Positions 29,889 to 39,013 of a DNA stretch of 64,000 nt are shown piece by piece. A program made the translations under genes and the position numbers. The notes beneath the pieces were generated by a model. It saw nothing but the letters and a program-made list of their open reading frames with translations, had not been told where the DNA came from and did no database searches. This stretch comes from an uncultured Coxiellaceae bacterium (GTDB lineage: Bacteria; Pseudomonadota; Gammaproteobacteria; DASZBR01): assembly GCA_964559315.1 (NCBI GenBank), contig CAZLGL010000006.1, positions 2,683 to 66,682 on the forward strand. Direction: 5' to 3'. Within the stretch, counting starts at the first letter, position 1, and each line of letters opens with the position of its first letter.

Positions 29889-29919
29889 CACACGGTTGTG
29901 ATAATTTTTAATGATATTC
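29889..29919 (+). promoter_or_regulatory. 31-bp conserved upstream element, copy 2 (CACACGGTTGTGATAATTTTTAATGATATTC)
   Basis: 28 of 31 identical to copy 1. Followed by GAGGAAAAAAAC and the ATG at 29937. Confidence 0.4.
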
Positions 29920-29936
29920 ACAGTGAGGAAAAAAAC

Positions 29937-30797
29937 ATGAATGACGATAGAGACGAAAGATTCCCTAACAGAGAAGAGCAAAGAAGAGCACGTGGCGAAA
30001 GAGCTGCAAAACGTGAAAGAACAGATGAATCAGGAACACCTAATCCAGTTTCACCAGCTGAATTGCCCCCTTATACACCTATAGCACCAACAAGTGCAGA
30101 CCGAGTCGAATTAAGTCCTGAGGTAGGTTTTTTTACACCTGTACAAGGTGTTGTAGCAAAAAGACTCGCGTTTTCTTCTGATAAAAAAGGTAGCCAAACA
30201 AACAATCGAACATTCCGCACACCAGCAAACTCTCCTGCTTCAGGTACACGCACACCGTCACATGAAAAAACGATGGCAGCATTAGTCGGATTGCCCCCAC
30301 TAACACCTTTACAACGTACAAATGAGTATGATGCGCCTCTCAGCCCTTTTAATCCTTACGCAAGCCTCACTCCCCTTGCAGCGGCTACGACAAAAGCATT
30401 CGATCGTCGTCACTACAATGATGGCCCCATAGATATTGATGCAATTGATGTTAATGCAGCAAATACACCGAAAAAACCTGACATTAATTTGACAAACACA
30501 CTGCATCGATTTGATAGCGTAATGAAAAGTCTTAAGGACTTTTTTGAAAATCCTGTGAAAAATGAAGGCGAGATGAAACAATTTGTTCGCGGACAAAAAG
30601 TTATTTTGGAAAGCATAAAACGCGATCTCGAACAACTGAGTTGTTCTGCACAATGCACCATCGATGTCATCGAAGCACTCGAAAATCATGTGCTCAAACC
30701 ACGCGTAAAAATTGATGTTGAATTAATCAAAGCGGTATTAGGATTTGGCCTTGAACAAGAGAAGTCATACTCACCCGTAAAAATGCTTGGGATGTAA
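29937..30797 (+). CDS. Hypothetical protein, Pro/Ser/Thr-rich N-terminal half
   Basis: The start at MNDDRDERF has a GAGGA RBS. The track ORF begins at 29898 but that overlaps the conserved element. Confidence 0.45.
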   Translation: MNDDRDERFPNREEQRRARGERAAKRERTDESGTPNPVSPAELPPYTPIAPTSADRVELSPEVGFFTPVQGVVAKRLAFSSDKKGSQTNNRTFRTPANSPASGTRTPSHEKTMAALVGLPPLTPLQRTNEYDAPLSPFNPYASLTPLAAATTKAFDRRHYNDGPIDIDAIDVNAANTPKKPDINLTNTLHRFDSVMKSLKDFFENPVKNEGEMKQFVRGQKVILESIKRDLEQLSCSAQCTIDVIEALENHVLKPRVKIDVELIKAVLGFGLEQEKSYSPVKMLGM

Positions 30798-30806
30798 AAA
30801 AGTGTA

Positions 30807-30830
30807 GGGGCCAGGCATCGTCTGGCCCTC
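30807..30830. terminator. Bidirectional hairpin terminator between convergent genes
   Basis: GGGGCCAG-gcatcgt-CTGGCCC stem. The T-run TTTTTTA follows on the minus-strand side. Confidence 0.45.
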
Positions 30831-30844
30831 TATTACAAAATCAT

Positions 30845-31129
30845 TTATTTAATTTTTTGTCTTTCTCTTTCCTCAATTGCATTCAGAATTTCTTGACGAG
30901 CTAACACCGCTTTCGCTTGAATTTCACGCAGAACCTTTATTTTTTGTTGTTCCCAAAATCCAGCTGTTTGTCGCGCAACTTCTTTATCAATGATGCCTTG
31001 ACTAACCAATGTGAAATCTTCGTCATCACGACATGCTTTGCGAACTTTCGTTTCACGTCTATGATTGTCTTCAAGAAAAAGACCTAACCGCTTTCCATTT
31101 TGATCTGGATTATTACCCTCTTCTTCCAC
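30845..31129 (-). CDS. Small hypothetical protein (94 aa)
   Basis: ORF with downstream terminator. Confidence 0.35.
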   Translation of the reverse strand: MEEEGNNPDQNGKRLGLFLEDNHRRETKVRKACRDDEDFTLVSQGIIDKEVARQTAGFWEQQKIKVLREIQAKAVLARQEILNAIEERERQKIK

Positions 31130-31218
31130 GCCATACTCCTCTCACTAGACGATTATTGCGCAGTTTAGCACAGCAGATCACTGAAAAAAAATTGAAAAAG
31201 TAGCTCATCTCATGCGAA

Positions 31219-31239
31219 AATTAAGCTTCTTCTAATTAC
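31219..31239 (+). promoter_or_regulatory. Candidate PmrA-like direct-repeat box (ATTAAGCTT-CT-TCTAATTAC) upstream of the 31258 gene
   Basis: Two TTAA/CTAA half-sites with 11-bp periodicity, then ATAAACT and a GAGGAAA RBS. Weaker than the boxes at 51.9-54.5 kb. Confidence 0.25.
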
Positions 31240-31257
31240 ATAAACTGAGGAAATCAC

Positions 31258-32307
31258 ATGGCACACGAACGACAAAAACGAAACGTCAAAAAACGTAAGG
31301 TTCATAAACCACCCGTTATTTCCATTGAACCCTCTCGAAGAGCTCATCTTGCACAAAAAAGTCTTTTTGATTCAAACGGAAAACCCACTGGCATGGAAGT
31401 TGCCTTACCTTCACTACCTACTCCTTTACCTAAAGATATTTTATATTATGGACCGGAACCTGATTTTCAGGTCGTTTATTTTTCGCTTTACGACAAACTT
31501 GCATTGCATTGTTATGCCGCTGAAAAAACAGGCCAATTTGATGCAATAACTATCAAGCTAGAAGCAACCGCTTGCTTAGACACTATTAAAAAAACAATGT
31601 CATTCACCAATAACACAAATATTCTTAGTGTCTATTCACATCTTGCCCAACTTATTTCCGATCACCTGATATCACCTCAAAAACTAAAACTTAAACATTT
31701 GAAACATTTGAAACATTTTCTTGGAAAAAAGACCCACTCTCAACAAGATATTTTAGATGAAGAAGGTTATTTGAGCCCTGTATCGGAAGCAGAACTATTA
31801 CCACTTATTTCAGACTTTGAATCACTTTCTCTTTACCCAAAACCTAAAACCCCTTATGAATTATTTCCTATTCCTTCGATAGAAGAAATATTACGCTGGG
31901 GCACCCGTGTGACATCAGATAGAGTTAACTCTCAAGAAGATATTTCTTTATTATCTGATATTTTCCCTGCAGATTCTTCAAGCAACAACGATGCAGAAAC
32001 ACCCTTATTAAAACATGCAAAAAGGGATTTAGCAGAAAATACAGTTTTAAAAAAACAGGATTTACAAGAAAATGTTTCTAGCGATGAAAGCTCAGTTGTG
32101 ACAGCCAGCACATCTGAATCCACTTTTCTTGTCGCTCAAACTCAATCTACGTCTGTTGAAATACACCGCACTACTCCATCTGCACCAACATTTTTTACAG
32201 CAACCAAAAAACCTGAAATAAAACCATCTCAGCAAACACTTCAATATGAAGCGGATGACGCAAAACTTGCAAGATCTATGTCACTTGGGTTGAGAACGAA
32301 GAAGTAG
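31258..32307 (+). CDS. Hypothetical protein (349 aa, orphan)
   Basis: ORF containing an LKLKHLKHLKHF repeat. Confidence 0.5.
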   Translation: MAHERQKRNVKKRKVHKPPVISIEPSRRAHLAQKSLFDSNGKPTGMEVALPSLPTPLPKDILYYGPEPDFQVVYFSLYDKLALHCYAAEKTGQFDAITIKLEATACLDTIKKTMSFTNNTNILSVYSHLAQLISDHLISPQKLKLKHLKHLKHFLGKKTHSQQDILDEEGYLSPVSEAELLPLISDFESLSLYPKPKTPYELFPIPSIEEILRWGTRVTSDRVNSQEDISLLSDIFPADSSSNNDAETPLLKHAKRDLAENTVLKKQDLQENVSSDESSVVTASTSESTFLVAQTQSTSVEIHRTTPSAPTFFTATKKPEIKPSQQTLQYEADDAKLARSMSLGLRTKK

Positions 32308-32358
32308 TAGTACTTTGTAGTAGGAGATCCCTAAGGCCTACGGTGTTCAGGATGGCAG

Positions 32359-32949
32359 CTAAGCTTTTGTATGTAACAACTGCATTGCTTTTTCGTTTTG
32401 GCCAGATAATAAATAATCTAAAACACCTGCCGCTTGATCAATATTTTCATCAATGATTTTACGGTCGGATTTGGATGGGCGCTCTAATACATAATCCAAT
32501 ACTTTTTCACGTACGCCAGGATGTGCAATCCCAATCCGTAAACGATAAAAATCATGCGTGTGCAAATGCGCAATAATATCGCGCAAACCATTATGCCCCC
32601 CGTGACCACCCGCATATTTAATGCGCGTATCACCAATCGATAAATCTAAATCATCATGGGCAATTAATATTTGAGGGGGTTGGATTTTATAAAAATCTGA
32701 AATTAATTTTACGGCTTGTCCACTGTGATTCATAAAGGTTTCAGGAATAATTATATGAATTTTTTCATCCTGAAATAAAAAAGAACCGCAAAGACTTTTG
32801 AATTTAGCTTCGCGCTTTAAAGAGATTTGAAATTGATGAGAGATCTTTTCTGCAAACCACGCGCCAGCATTGTGACGCGTGTTCGCATATTCATCACCGG
32901 GATTACCCAAACCAACAATTAATCGTATTGGCGAGGATAATGCTGGCAT
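32359..32949 (-). CDS. pth: Peptidyl-tRNA hydrolase
   Basis: LIVGLGNPGDEYANTRHNAGAWF is the Pth signature. Confidence 0.9.
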   Translation of the reverse strand: MPALSSPIRLIVGLGNPGDEYANTRHNAGAWFAEKISHQFQISLKREAKFKSLCGSFLFQDEKIHIIIPETFMNHSGQAVKLISDFYKIQPPQILIAHDDLDLSIGDTRIKYAGGHGGHNGLRDIIAHLHTHDFYRLRIGIAHPGVREKVLDYVLERPSKSDRKIIDENIDQAAGVLDYLLSGQNEKAMQLLHTKA

Positions 32950-32954
32950 GAGGA

Positions 32955-33686
32955 TTACTTTTTCTCAGGTTTTTCAGCAGCTGACGCTTCTGCTGCAGGA
33001 GCCCCTTCAGCAGCTGACGCAGCACCTTCAGTACCTTCCGCAGGAGCAGCACCCTCTTCACCTTCAGCAACCACCGACGTGGATTCTTCTTCCACTTCGA
33101 CCTTCGGAATGTGTAATTTCACAACCGCGGTATCGTGCTCTTCCTTTTCACCACCGTGTGCAAATGCCATAATTTCAACGTCTTTGGGCATTTTTAATTC
33201 TGATAACATTATGGTGTCATCAACATTAAATCCACTTACGTCAACTTCAATAAATTCCGGCAAATTTGCAGGCAAACATCGCACTTCAACAGTGCTCATT
33301 AAATGCATAAATACACCACCATCTTTAAGACCCGGCGCTTCTCCTTCACCTTTAAAGTGAATCGGAATTTGCATGATGATTTTTTCTTTCGGATTAATGC
33401 GTAATAAATCCATATGTTCAATTTTAGGTTTGTACGGATGACGTTGAATTGCTTTTAAAACGATTTGTTGTTTTTCACTGCCCATATTGAGCGTTAATAC
33501 GTGTGAATACACCGCTTCATTTTCAAGTAATTTTGAAACTTCAAAATGACTTAACGAAATATTTTGCGCAGGTTTTTCTGCACCGTACATAATTGCAGGA
33601 ATACGGTTCTCACGACGCAGGCGGCGGCTCGCTCCTCTCCCTGCTTCTTCGCGGACTTCCGCATTTAATTCAAATTTAATAGCCAT
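32955..33686 (-). CDS. rplY: 50S ribosomal protein L25 / general stress protein Ctc (long form with acidic C-terminal extension)
   Basis: MAIKFELNAEVREEAGRGASRRLRRENRIPAIMYG matches the L25 N-terminus. Confidence 0.85.
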   Translation of the reverse strand: MAIKFELNAEVREEAGRGASRRLRRENRIPAIMYGAEKPAQNISLSHFEVSKLLENEAVYSHVLTLNMGSEKQQIVLKAIQRHPYKPKIEHMDLLRINPKEKIIMQIPIHFKGEGEAPGLKDGGVFMHLMSTVEVRCLPANLPEFIEVDVSGFNVDDTIMLSELKMPKDVEIMAFAHGGEKEEHDTAVVKLHIPKVEVEEESTSVVAEGEEGAAPAEGTEGAASAAEGAPAAEASAAEKPEKK

Positions 33687-33710
33687 TTGTATTCTCCAAA
33701 AACATAGATT

Positions 33711-33746
33711 AAATAAAAGCCTGCTCCCGCGACCAGGAGCAGGCTC
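33711..33746 (-). terminator. Rho-independent terminator downstream of the usp gene
   Basis: On the minus strand, GAGCCTGCTCC-tggtcgc-GGGAGCAGGC is followed by TTTTATTT. Confidence 0.55.
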
Positions 33747-33779
33747 GAAAAGGCGGCCATTCTAGCATGGCTAAAGGCG

Positions 33780-34217
33780 TTAGTCAGCGACTCTGACAGC
33801 TAAAACATCACATTCGGCATGATGAAGGACACCGTTGGCAGTGGATCCTAACAATAACTGCAATCCATGACGCCCATGGCTACCCACCACAATCAAGTCC
33901 GTACCTGATTCTTGGGCTTTGTGAAGGATCACTGACCGAGGAGACCCTGCTTCTAAATGCTGCTGGGAAACGGGAATATTGAACTTTTGCCCCAAGTTGG
34001 CCATCTCTTTCCGGGCCTCATCCATCAACTGGGACTCTACATCGAGTACGGCTGAATACGCTTCGGCTACACCGTAGGCATTAATATGCTCAACTGCATG
34101 AACCAGGCTGACGGTTCCTCCATTGGCCTTCGCGATTTCTATTGCTCGCTCAATAATGTCTCGATCTGAATTGGGGTGTAAATCAACGGCAACCAGTACG
34201 TGTTTATATAATGTCAT
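33780..34217 (-). CDS. Universal stress protein (UspA family)
   Basis: MTLYKHVLVAVDL...DLIVVGSHGRHGL...GSTANGVLHHAECDVLAV. Start approximate. Confidence 0.75.
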   Translation of the reverse strand: MTLYKHVLVAVDLHPNSDRDIIERAIEIAKANGGTVSLVHAVEHINAYGVAEAYSAVLDVESQLMDEARKEMANLGQKFNIPVSQQHLEAGSPRSVILHKAQESGTDLIVVGSHGRHGLQLLLGSTANGVLHHAECDVLAVRVAD

Positions 34218-34271
34218 GATAAAACTCCCTATTTTAAAAAGTAGACTTAGTCCTCGCCACAATAATACCAC

Positions 34272-35957
34272 TTATTGAAAGCATTTATCTTTGAGCATTT
34301 GAGCAAATTCGTCCTCACTGTAAGTGTAATGCCAGAAATCCAAATAAATTTCTTTGGGAATCATCAACACTTTTACGGTATTCTCTGCCACAATCGTTGA
34401 ATTTCGTGTATCACCTCGAATTACACCGACATTTCCTAAAGGAATAAACGCATGGGCATGAAACGGCTCATAGCCACCCAAGGGATATCCCACTAAACCT
34501 TCAGCTAATGGAACATAGACAAAACTTCCCATCGTTCCTGCTTGAATTAACATTTCGCCAGCTTTCACGGTAGTACATTTCACATGGCCAAATGCTTTTT
34601 GCGGTAACATCGCCGAAATTTTATGACCGGATTGCGAAATACGTTCCAACATTTCCTTTTGGGTTTTCAAATCCCAGTTTAATTCTTCTGCCATTAAATA
34701 ATGATTGCGTTCTGTTTCGGATGCATTTTGTAACGACGGAACGGTGCGTACAATTTCTTTCAATGTCGGATTTAAAATAATTAATTGATCTTTTACCCGT
34801 TCTGCAAAATTTCCGTTATCGTCGGTATTTTCTAAAAATATTTGCACGGGCTTCCATTTTTTACTGTAATCCCCTGTTGCATTATCTTCACCTGCAGGTG
34901 GACGCGCAAAACTTCCAATCATATCCAACTGTACTTCATTGATCGCAACTGCTGCATTAAATACAGCTTTATCAATCACTTTATCACCATTAAAATTTCC
35001 CCGAAAAAAAGAAATACGCAAATCACCGGCTTGCGTAAATTCTGTTCCCGACAAATTGGCTTCACCTGCTAATAAAGTATCTTTGCTTTGCATTAATAAT
35101 AATTTGCTGCCGACATTAATGGCAAAAATTGCATCCGCTGTTTGGTGATCCAAGAAAATTTGAAATCCGCCGGTTGCACGCAATCGCTCACCCCGTTGAC
35201 GACACGCATTTGCGCAGCGAAGCACTCGCAATGAATCCAGTACATCTTCAACCAAGGAACGCACTTCATGGTTTTCCGAAATTAACCACACAAAAGAATC
35301 ACGCTTAAAATCTTCATAGAATAATTTTAAATTCGATACACCATCAATCATATTTTGAATTACGCGACGTAATTCACCAGGATGATTTAATGCATCTGTC
35401 GAAACCGTTTCTTTTCGGTGCGCACCAGCTAACGCTAACATTTCGCGCAATACTAAATGCGGCGGCTGGGTAATCGCTTTTTTAAAAGCAAGCTGGGTAA
35501 TTCGCCATGCAACATTTCCACTGTTTTCTTCCCACAACAATGCAATTTGCTTATCAAAAAAATCGTTGTACATCATTTGTGCAGAAAGTGCATCATGCGT
35601 ATCATTATCACTATTTTTTACCTCAACCATACCAACATCATGTGCATACGAAATCATTGCCCCGTAGCCTTTCATGAATCCTAACCGTGATGGTAATCGT
35701 TTCGCAAAATGAACACCGTTTAATTCATCAAATAAAGTCATCATTCGCATTGTGATGTCACGCACATGCACAACACCGTGATCCGTTGAAAAGGCAATAT
35801 GTTTGAAAGGATGTGCAATAAAAACAGGGTCGTTAACAATAGAATTTAATTGGGCATTGAAATTTATTTTTTCATAATATTTTTCTTCAATATTTCGACG
35901 GACGGTGGGGGAAAAATATTTATCGACTAACGTTAATTCCGTAACGCGGCTTTCCAT
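34272..35957 (-). CDS. Hypothetical protein with C-terminal cyclic-nucleotide-binding (CAP-effector-like) domain
   Basis: The C-terminal ~120 aa (KAGEMLIQAGTMGSFVYVPLAEGLVGY...PLGNVGVIRGDTRNSTIVAENTVKVLMIPKEIYLDFW) fit the cNMP-binding beta-roll pattern. The N-terminal 430 aa are unassigned. Confidence 0.45.
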   Translation of the reverse strand: MESRVTELTLVDKYFSPTVRRNIEEKYYEKINFNAQLNSIVNDPVFIAHPFKHIAFSTDHGVVHVRDITMRMMTLFDELNGVHFAKRLPSRLGFMKGYGAMISYAHDVGMVEVKNSDNDTHDALSAQMMYNDFFDKQIALLWEENSGNVAWRITQLAFKKAITQPPHLVLREMLALAGAHRKETVSTDALNHPGELRRVIQNMIDGVSNLKLFYEDFKRDSFVWLISENHEVRSLVEDVLDSLRVLRCANACRQRGERLRATGGFQIFLDHQTADAIFAINVGSKLLLMQSKDTLLAGEANLSGTEFTQAGDLRISFFRGNFNGDKVIDKAVFNAAVAINEVQLDMIGSFARPPAGEDNATGDYSKKWKPVQIFLENTDDNGNFAERVKDQLIILNPTLKEIVRTVPSLQNASETERNHYLMAEELNWDLKTQKEMLERISQSGHKISAMLPQKAFGHVKCTTVKAGEMLIQAGTMGSFVYVPLAEGLVGYPLGGYEPFHAHAFIPLGNVGVIRGDTRNSTIVAENTVKVLMIPKEIYLDFWHYTYSEDEFAQMLKDKCFQ

Positions 35958-35992
35958 AAGCTCTCCTGTTTATCGTTTCCTCTGAAATGCGA

Positions 35993-36022
35993 AAAGCCTC
36001 CCCCCGAATGGGAAGAGGCTTT
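35993..36022 (-). terminator. Rho-independent terminator after the TpsB gene
   Basis: On the minus strand, AAAGCCTC-ttcccattcggggg-GAGGCTTT is followed by TCGCATTTC. Confidence 0.5.
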
Positions 36023-36036
36023 CGGTAATGTGTGAC

Positions 36037-37887
36037 TTAGATACCCGACGAAGCTGCTGCGCGAGCATTGGGACCATTTGTAGCAGAACCACCTGAGTAT
36101 CCCACTGGCGGTCTATCAATTCCCGGTAAACTACCTTCATCTGTTGCAGAAGATGTTTTGCCCGTGAACGTAATGCTAAAGAAGATACGTGGTGCAAAAT
36201 TTCCGTAGGCTGAAACGGGTTTTGTTAACGGTAATGTATAAACAACAGAACCATACACATACGGATTAAAGTTCACACGGACACCTGCACCCGTTGACGC
36301 AGCACTTTGTGATTGCTGAATACCTGTCGCACTGAACGGTAAAATATTCCAAATTTTACCAATATCATAGTATGCATAGTATTGCGCGGCAGATAAGAAT
36401 CGATACGCAGGATACGTGTTATAACGAAGCTCAGCTTTTGCGGCCATACCTCTGTCACCCGTTAATTCACCTGGATCATACGCCGAACCGTATTGCGCAC
36501 CACCAAACGTAAATTGTTCAGATGAGAGCAACGGCTGATTCGTGTACTGACCAATACCTGCAGCCAAGAATGAAAGATTTTGTGTTATGCCTTGTAAGCG
36601 GGATAACGTTCCATTGAATTTTGTATATTGCGGATCACCTTGCAAACGAGACAATGGCGGACTTGGCGGAGGTGTAATTTCACGTGGACTTGCAGCTAAC
36701 ACATTAAACCCGTGTGAAAGTTGTCCGCTGATTTGGTTAGAACCATTCCAACTATCTTGTAAATAATAATCTGCGCCTAAACGTACGGAACGAACATGAT
36801 CTTGGTACACAATCACTGGAGGATTAAATACATCAAAATCCGTTTGGCTGTTTAAATAATCAAACGACAGATTGGCGTATAAGTTTTGTCGACGTGAACG
36901 AATAAATGGCACGCGGAATGTACCGACGATTTCTTTACTATAACCATTTACTTTTTGCGGAGTTAATAAAAATCCCGGTGTTGTTTTACTGTAACTTGCC
37001 GACAAATTAAATGTCGCACCCGTTGCACCCAGGGGTTGTAAATCAAAGGCATTAATATATTGGGAATTTTTATTGCTACTCGTTAACGCTTGTACACCCA
37101 ATTGGTCCCCCGATTGGATTAACGAATTTACTGTTGCACCAGCTGAAAATTGATTTTGGCCTAGGTAACGTGTGCCACGATTATCGATCGTGAAAAATCC
37201 ACTCGCTTTTGAAAAATCAGGGGCAAATGATAATTCCGTTGAACCTAATGGCGCATTAGGACTAGACGGTGGTTGCAATACCACTTTGACTTGATTCATC
37301 CCTGGAATATCGTTTGCTAATAATGCGTAACGTTCCAAGGTATTAATATTTAATGGTTTAGATTGCGCAATTTTTTGACCGTATTTGTTCACCAACGGAC
37401 CTGAATTTTGAACATATCCAACCGGATTTACATGACCTACATAGCCTTCAATAATTTGAATGACGACAACACCACTTTTGATGGTTTGCGCAGGAATAAT
37501 GGCACGGGATAACACATAACCTGAATCTCGATATTTCAATGTAATATCATGTGAGACGCTTTCGAGCTCAGCAAGAGAAACTTGATGACCGACATAATTT
37601 TGAAACAAAGGGGCTAAATCTTGATAGCTATAAACCGTATTACCTTGTAATTGAATGCCTTTTAAATAAAATTTAACTTTTTCAGCACCTGGCGTGGCTT
37701 GAAATTTGGTTTGTGTAGCGGGAGCTGCAACGCCACCCGACGTACTCGGTGCAGCAGGACCCTGCTGCAATTGTTGACCAACACGAGAAACATCAGCTGT
37801 TGCGGGAATCACTTGCGCTGCTGAGATTCCGGGAATTGTTACTGCGACTAACAACGACACTGCTTGATAAAGCTTTTTCATCCTCAT
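36037..37887 (-). CDS. Two-partner-secretion outer-membrane transporter (TpsB; ShlB/FhaC/HecB family) with unusual C-terminal tail
   Basis: Signal peptide. POTRA region KFYLKGIQLQGNTVYSYQDL...YRDSGYVLSRAIIPAQTIKSGVVVIQIIEGYVGHV and a beta-barrel. The last ~40 aa are G/S/P-rich after a barrel-terminal ...SITF. Confidence 0.7.
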   Translation of the reverse strand: MRMKKLYQAVSLLVAVTIPGISAAQVIPATADVSRVGQQLQQGPAAPSTSGGVAAPATQTKFQATPGAEKVKFYLKGIQLQGNTVYSYQDLAPLFQNYVGHQVSLAELESVSHDITLKYRDSGYVLSRAIIPAQTIKSGVVVIQIIEGYVGHVNPVGYVQNSGPLVNKYGQKIAQSKPLNINTLERYALLANDIPGMNQVKVVLQPPSSPNAPLGSTELSFAPDFSKASGFFTIDNRGTRYLGQNQFSAGATVNSLIQSGDQLGVQALTSSNKNSQYINAFDLQPLGATGATFNLSASYSKTTPGFLLTPQKVNGYSKEIVGTFRVPFIRSRRQNLYANLSFDYLNSQTDFDVFNPPVIVYQDHVRSVRLGADYYLQDSWNGSNQISGQLSHGFNVLAASPREITPPPSPPLSRLQGDPQYTKFNGTLSRLQGITQNLSFLAAGIGQYTNQPLLSSEQFTFGGAQYGSAYDPGELTGDRGMAAKAELRYNTYPAYRFLSAAQYYAYYDIGKIWNILPFSATGIQQSQSAASTGAGVRVNFNPYVYGSVVYTLPLTKPVSAYGNFAPRIFFSITFTGKTSSATDEGSLPGIDRPPVGYSGGSATNGPNARAAASSGI

Positions 37888-39013
37888 CTCCGTTTCCTTT
37901 TACTGCTGACGTTTGCGAATAATAGTGGGAAATTCCCGACATCAATGCTTCTGCAATTTCTTCTTGATACGTTGTTGATTTTAATCGTGCTTCTTCTTCG
38001 GGATTCGATAAAAATCCCGTCTCAACTAAAATAGACGGAATATCAGGTGACTTTAATACCATAAAAGGCGCCTGCTCGACAACCCCATGATGTAAAGTTG
38101 TAATTTCACCCAATTGTTTTATTTCAGCTCTACCTAATTGCAGACTCGCGGCAATCGTAGCTGTTTGTGATAAATCAATCAATACTGATCGTAATTGCAC
38201 ATCTTTTTCGGTGACATTATTTAAATCGATTCCACCTAATTCAGAATAATTTTCTTTTTTGGCTAACCATAATGCGGCTTCACTTGATGCACCGTGTAAC
38301 GACAATGCAAATACCGACGCGCCTTGGGCGCTCGGATCGTTATACGCATCAGCATGAATCGCCACAAAAATATCGCCCTTTTCTTTTCGTGCAATCATTA
38401 GACGTTGGCGCAATCCGACATAATAATCGCCCTTACGTGTCATAACCGCTTTCATGTTTGGATTAGCGACAATTAAATTCCGCAAATCTTTTGCAATCGC
38501 TAGTGTCACATTTTTTTCTAATACTTGATTAGGACCAATGGTGCCCGGATCTTTTCCGCCATGCCCCGCATCTATGACAACCGTAAAAAGATGATTTTGC
38601 GTGAAGGGCTCAAGCATTTTGGCGGGCTTAGGCAATTTAATCACCAGCTGAAAATTTTGGCCTTCAGTGACACTGCTTTGAATAGGAATGGATTTTTTAA
38701 GATCAAATACGACACGTAAATTTCCACCCTGCTGCACACCATGTCGAAAATCCACCACTGGAGTTTGTGAAAAATCTGGCGGTATATTTATACCGTAGGT
38801 CGCATTTTGAAAATCAATGACTAATCTTTCGGGAGAGGATAATGCAAATAATTTATATTGAACGGGCTTATTAAACGACAAGGTGATTTTTTGGGGATCG
38901 ACAGAAACATTTTGTAGCGCAGCGCTGTCAGCAAATGCATTACTGCAAAATAATAGTAACATCACTATCACGCTGAATATTTTCGTGGGGCTCAACGTTT
39001 TTTTTGCGCTCAT
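37793..39013 (-). CDS. N-acetylmuramoyl-L-alanine amidase (AmiB/AmiC type, AMIN + Amidase_3)
   Basis: VVIDAGHGGKDPG...FVAIHADA matches Amidase_3. Signal peptide at MSAKKTLSPTKIFSVIVMLLLFCSNAFA. The start overlaps the tsaE stop (ATGA). The extended C-terminal tail overlaps the TpsB start by 95 nt. Confidence 0.8.
   Translation of the reverse strand: MSAKKTLSPTKIFSVIVMLLLFCSNAFADSAALQNVSVDPQKITLSFNKPVQYKLFALSSPERLVIDFQNATYGINIPPDFSQTPVVDFRHGVQQGGNLRVVFDLKKSIPIQSSVTEGQNFQLVIKLPKPAKMLEPFTQNHLFTVVIDAGHGGKDPGTIGPNQVLEKNVTLAIAKDLRNLIVANPNMKAVMTRKGDYYVGLRQRLMIARKEKGDIFVAIHADAYNDPSAQGASVFALSLHGASSEAALWLAKKENYSELGGIDLNNVTEKDVQLRSVLIDLSQTATIAASLQLGRAEIKQLGEITTLHHGVVEQAPFMVLKSPDIPSILVETGFLSNPEEEARLKSTTYQEEIAEALMSGISHYYSQTSAVKGNGDEDEKALSSSVVVSRSNNSRNLSSASDSRNS

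Noticed and set aside
32308-32358. tagtagtactttgtagtagga repeat-like string between the orphan gene and pth
   Set aside because: It is a short low-complexity run of stop codons in several frames, not a structured repeat or hairpin.
37793-37887. Amidase C-terminal low-complexity tail as a genuine domain
   Set aside because: It is S/N/R-rich, overlaps the TpsB signal peptide coding region by 95 nt, and has no known counterpart in AmiB/AmiC. It is more likely a frame run-on.
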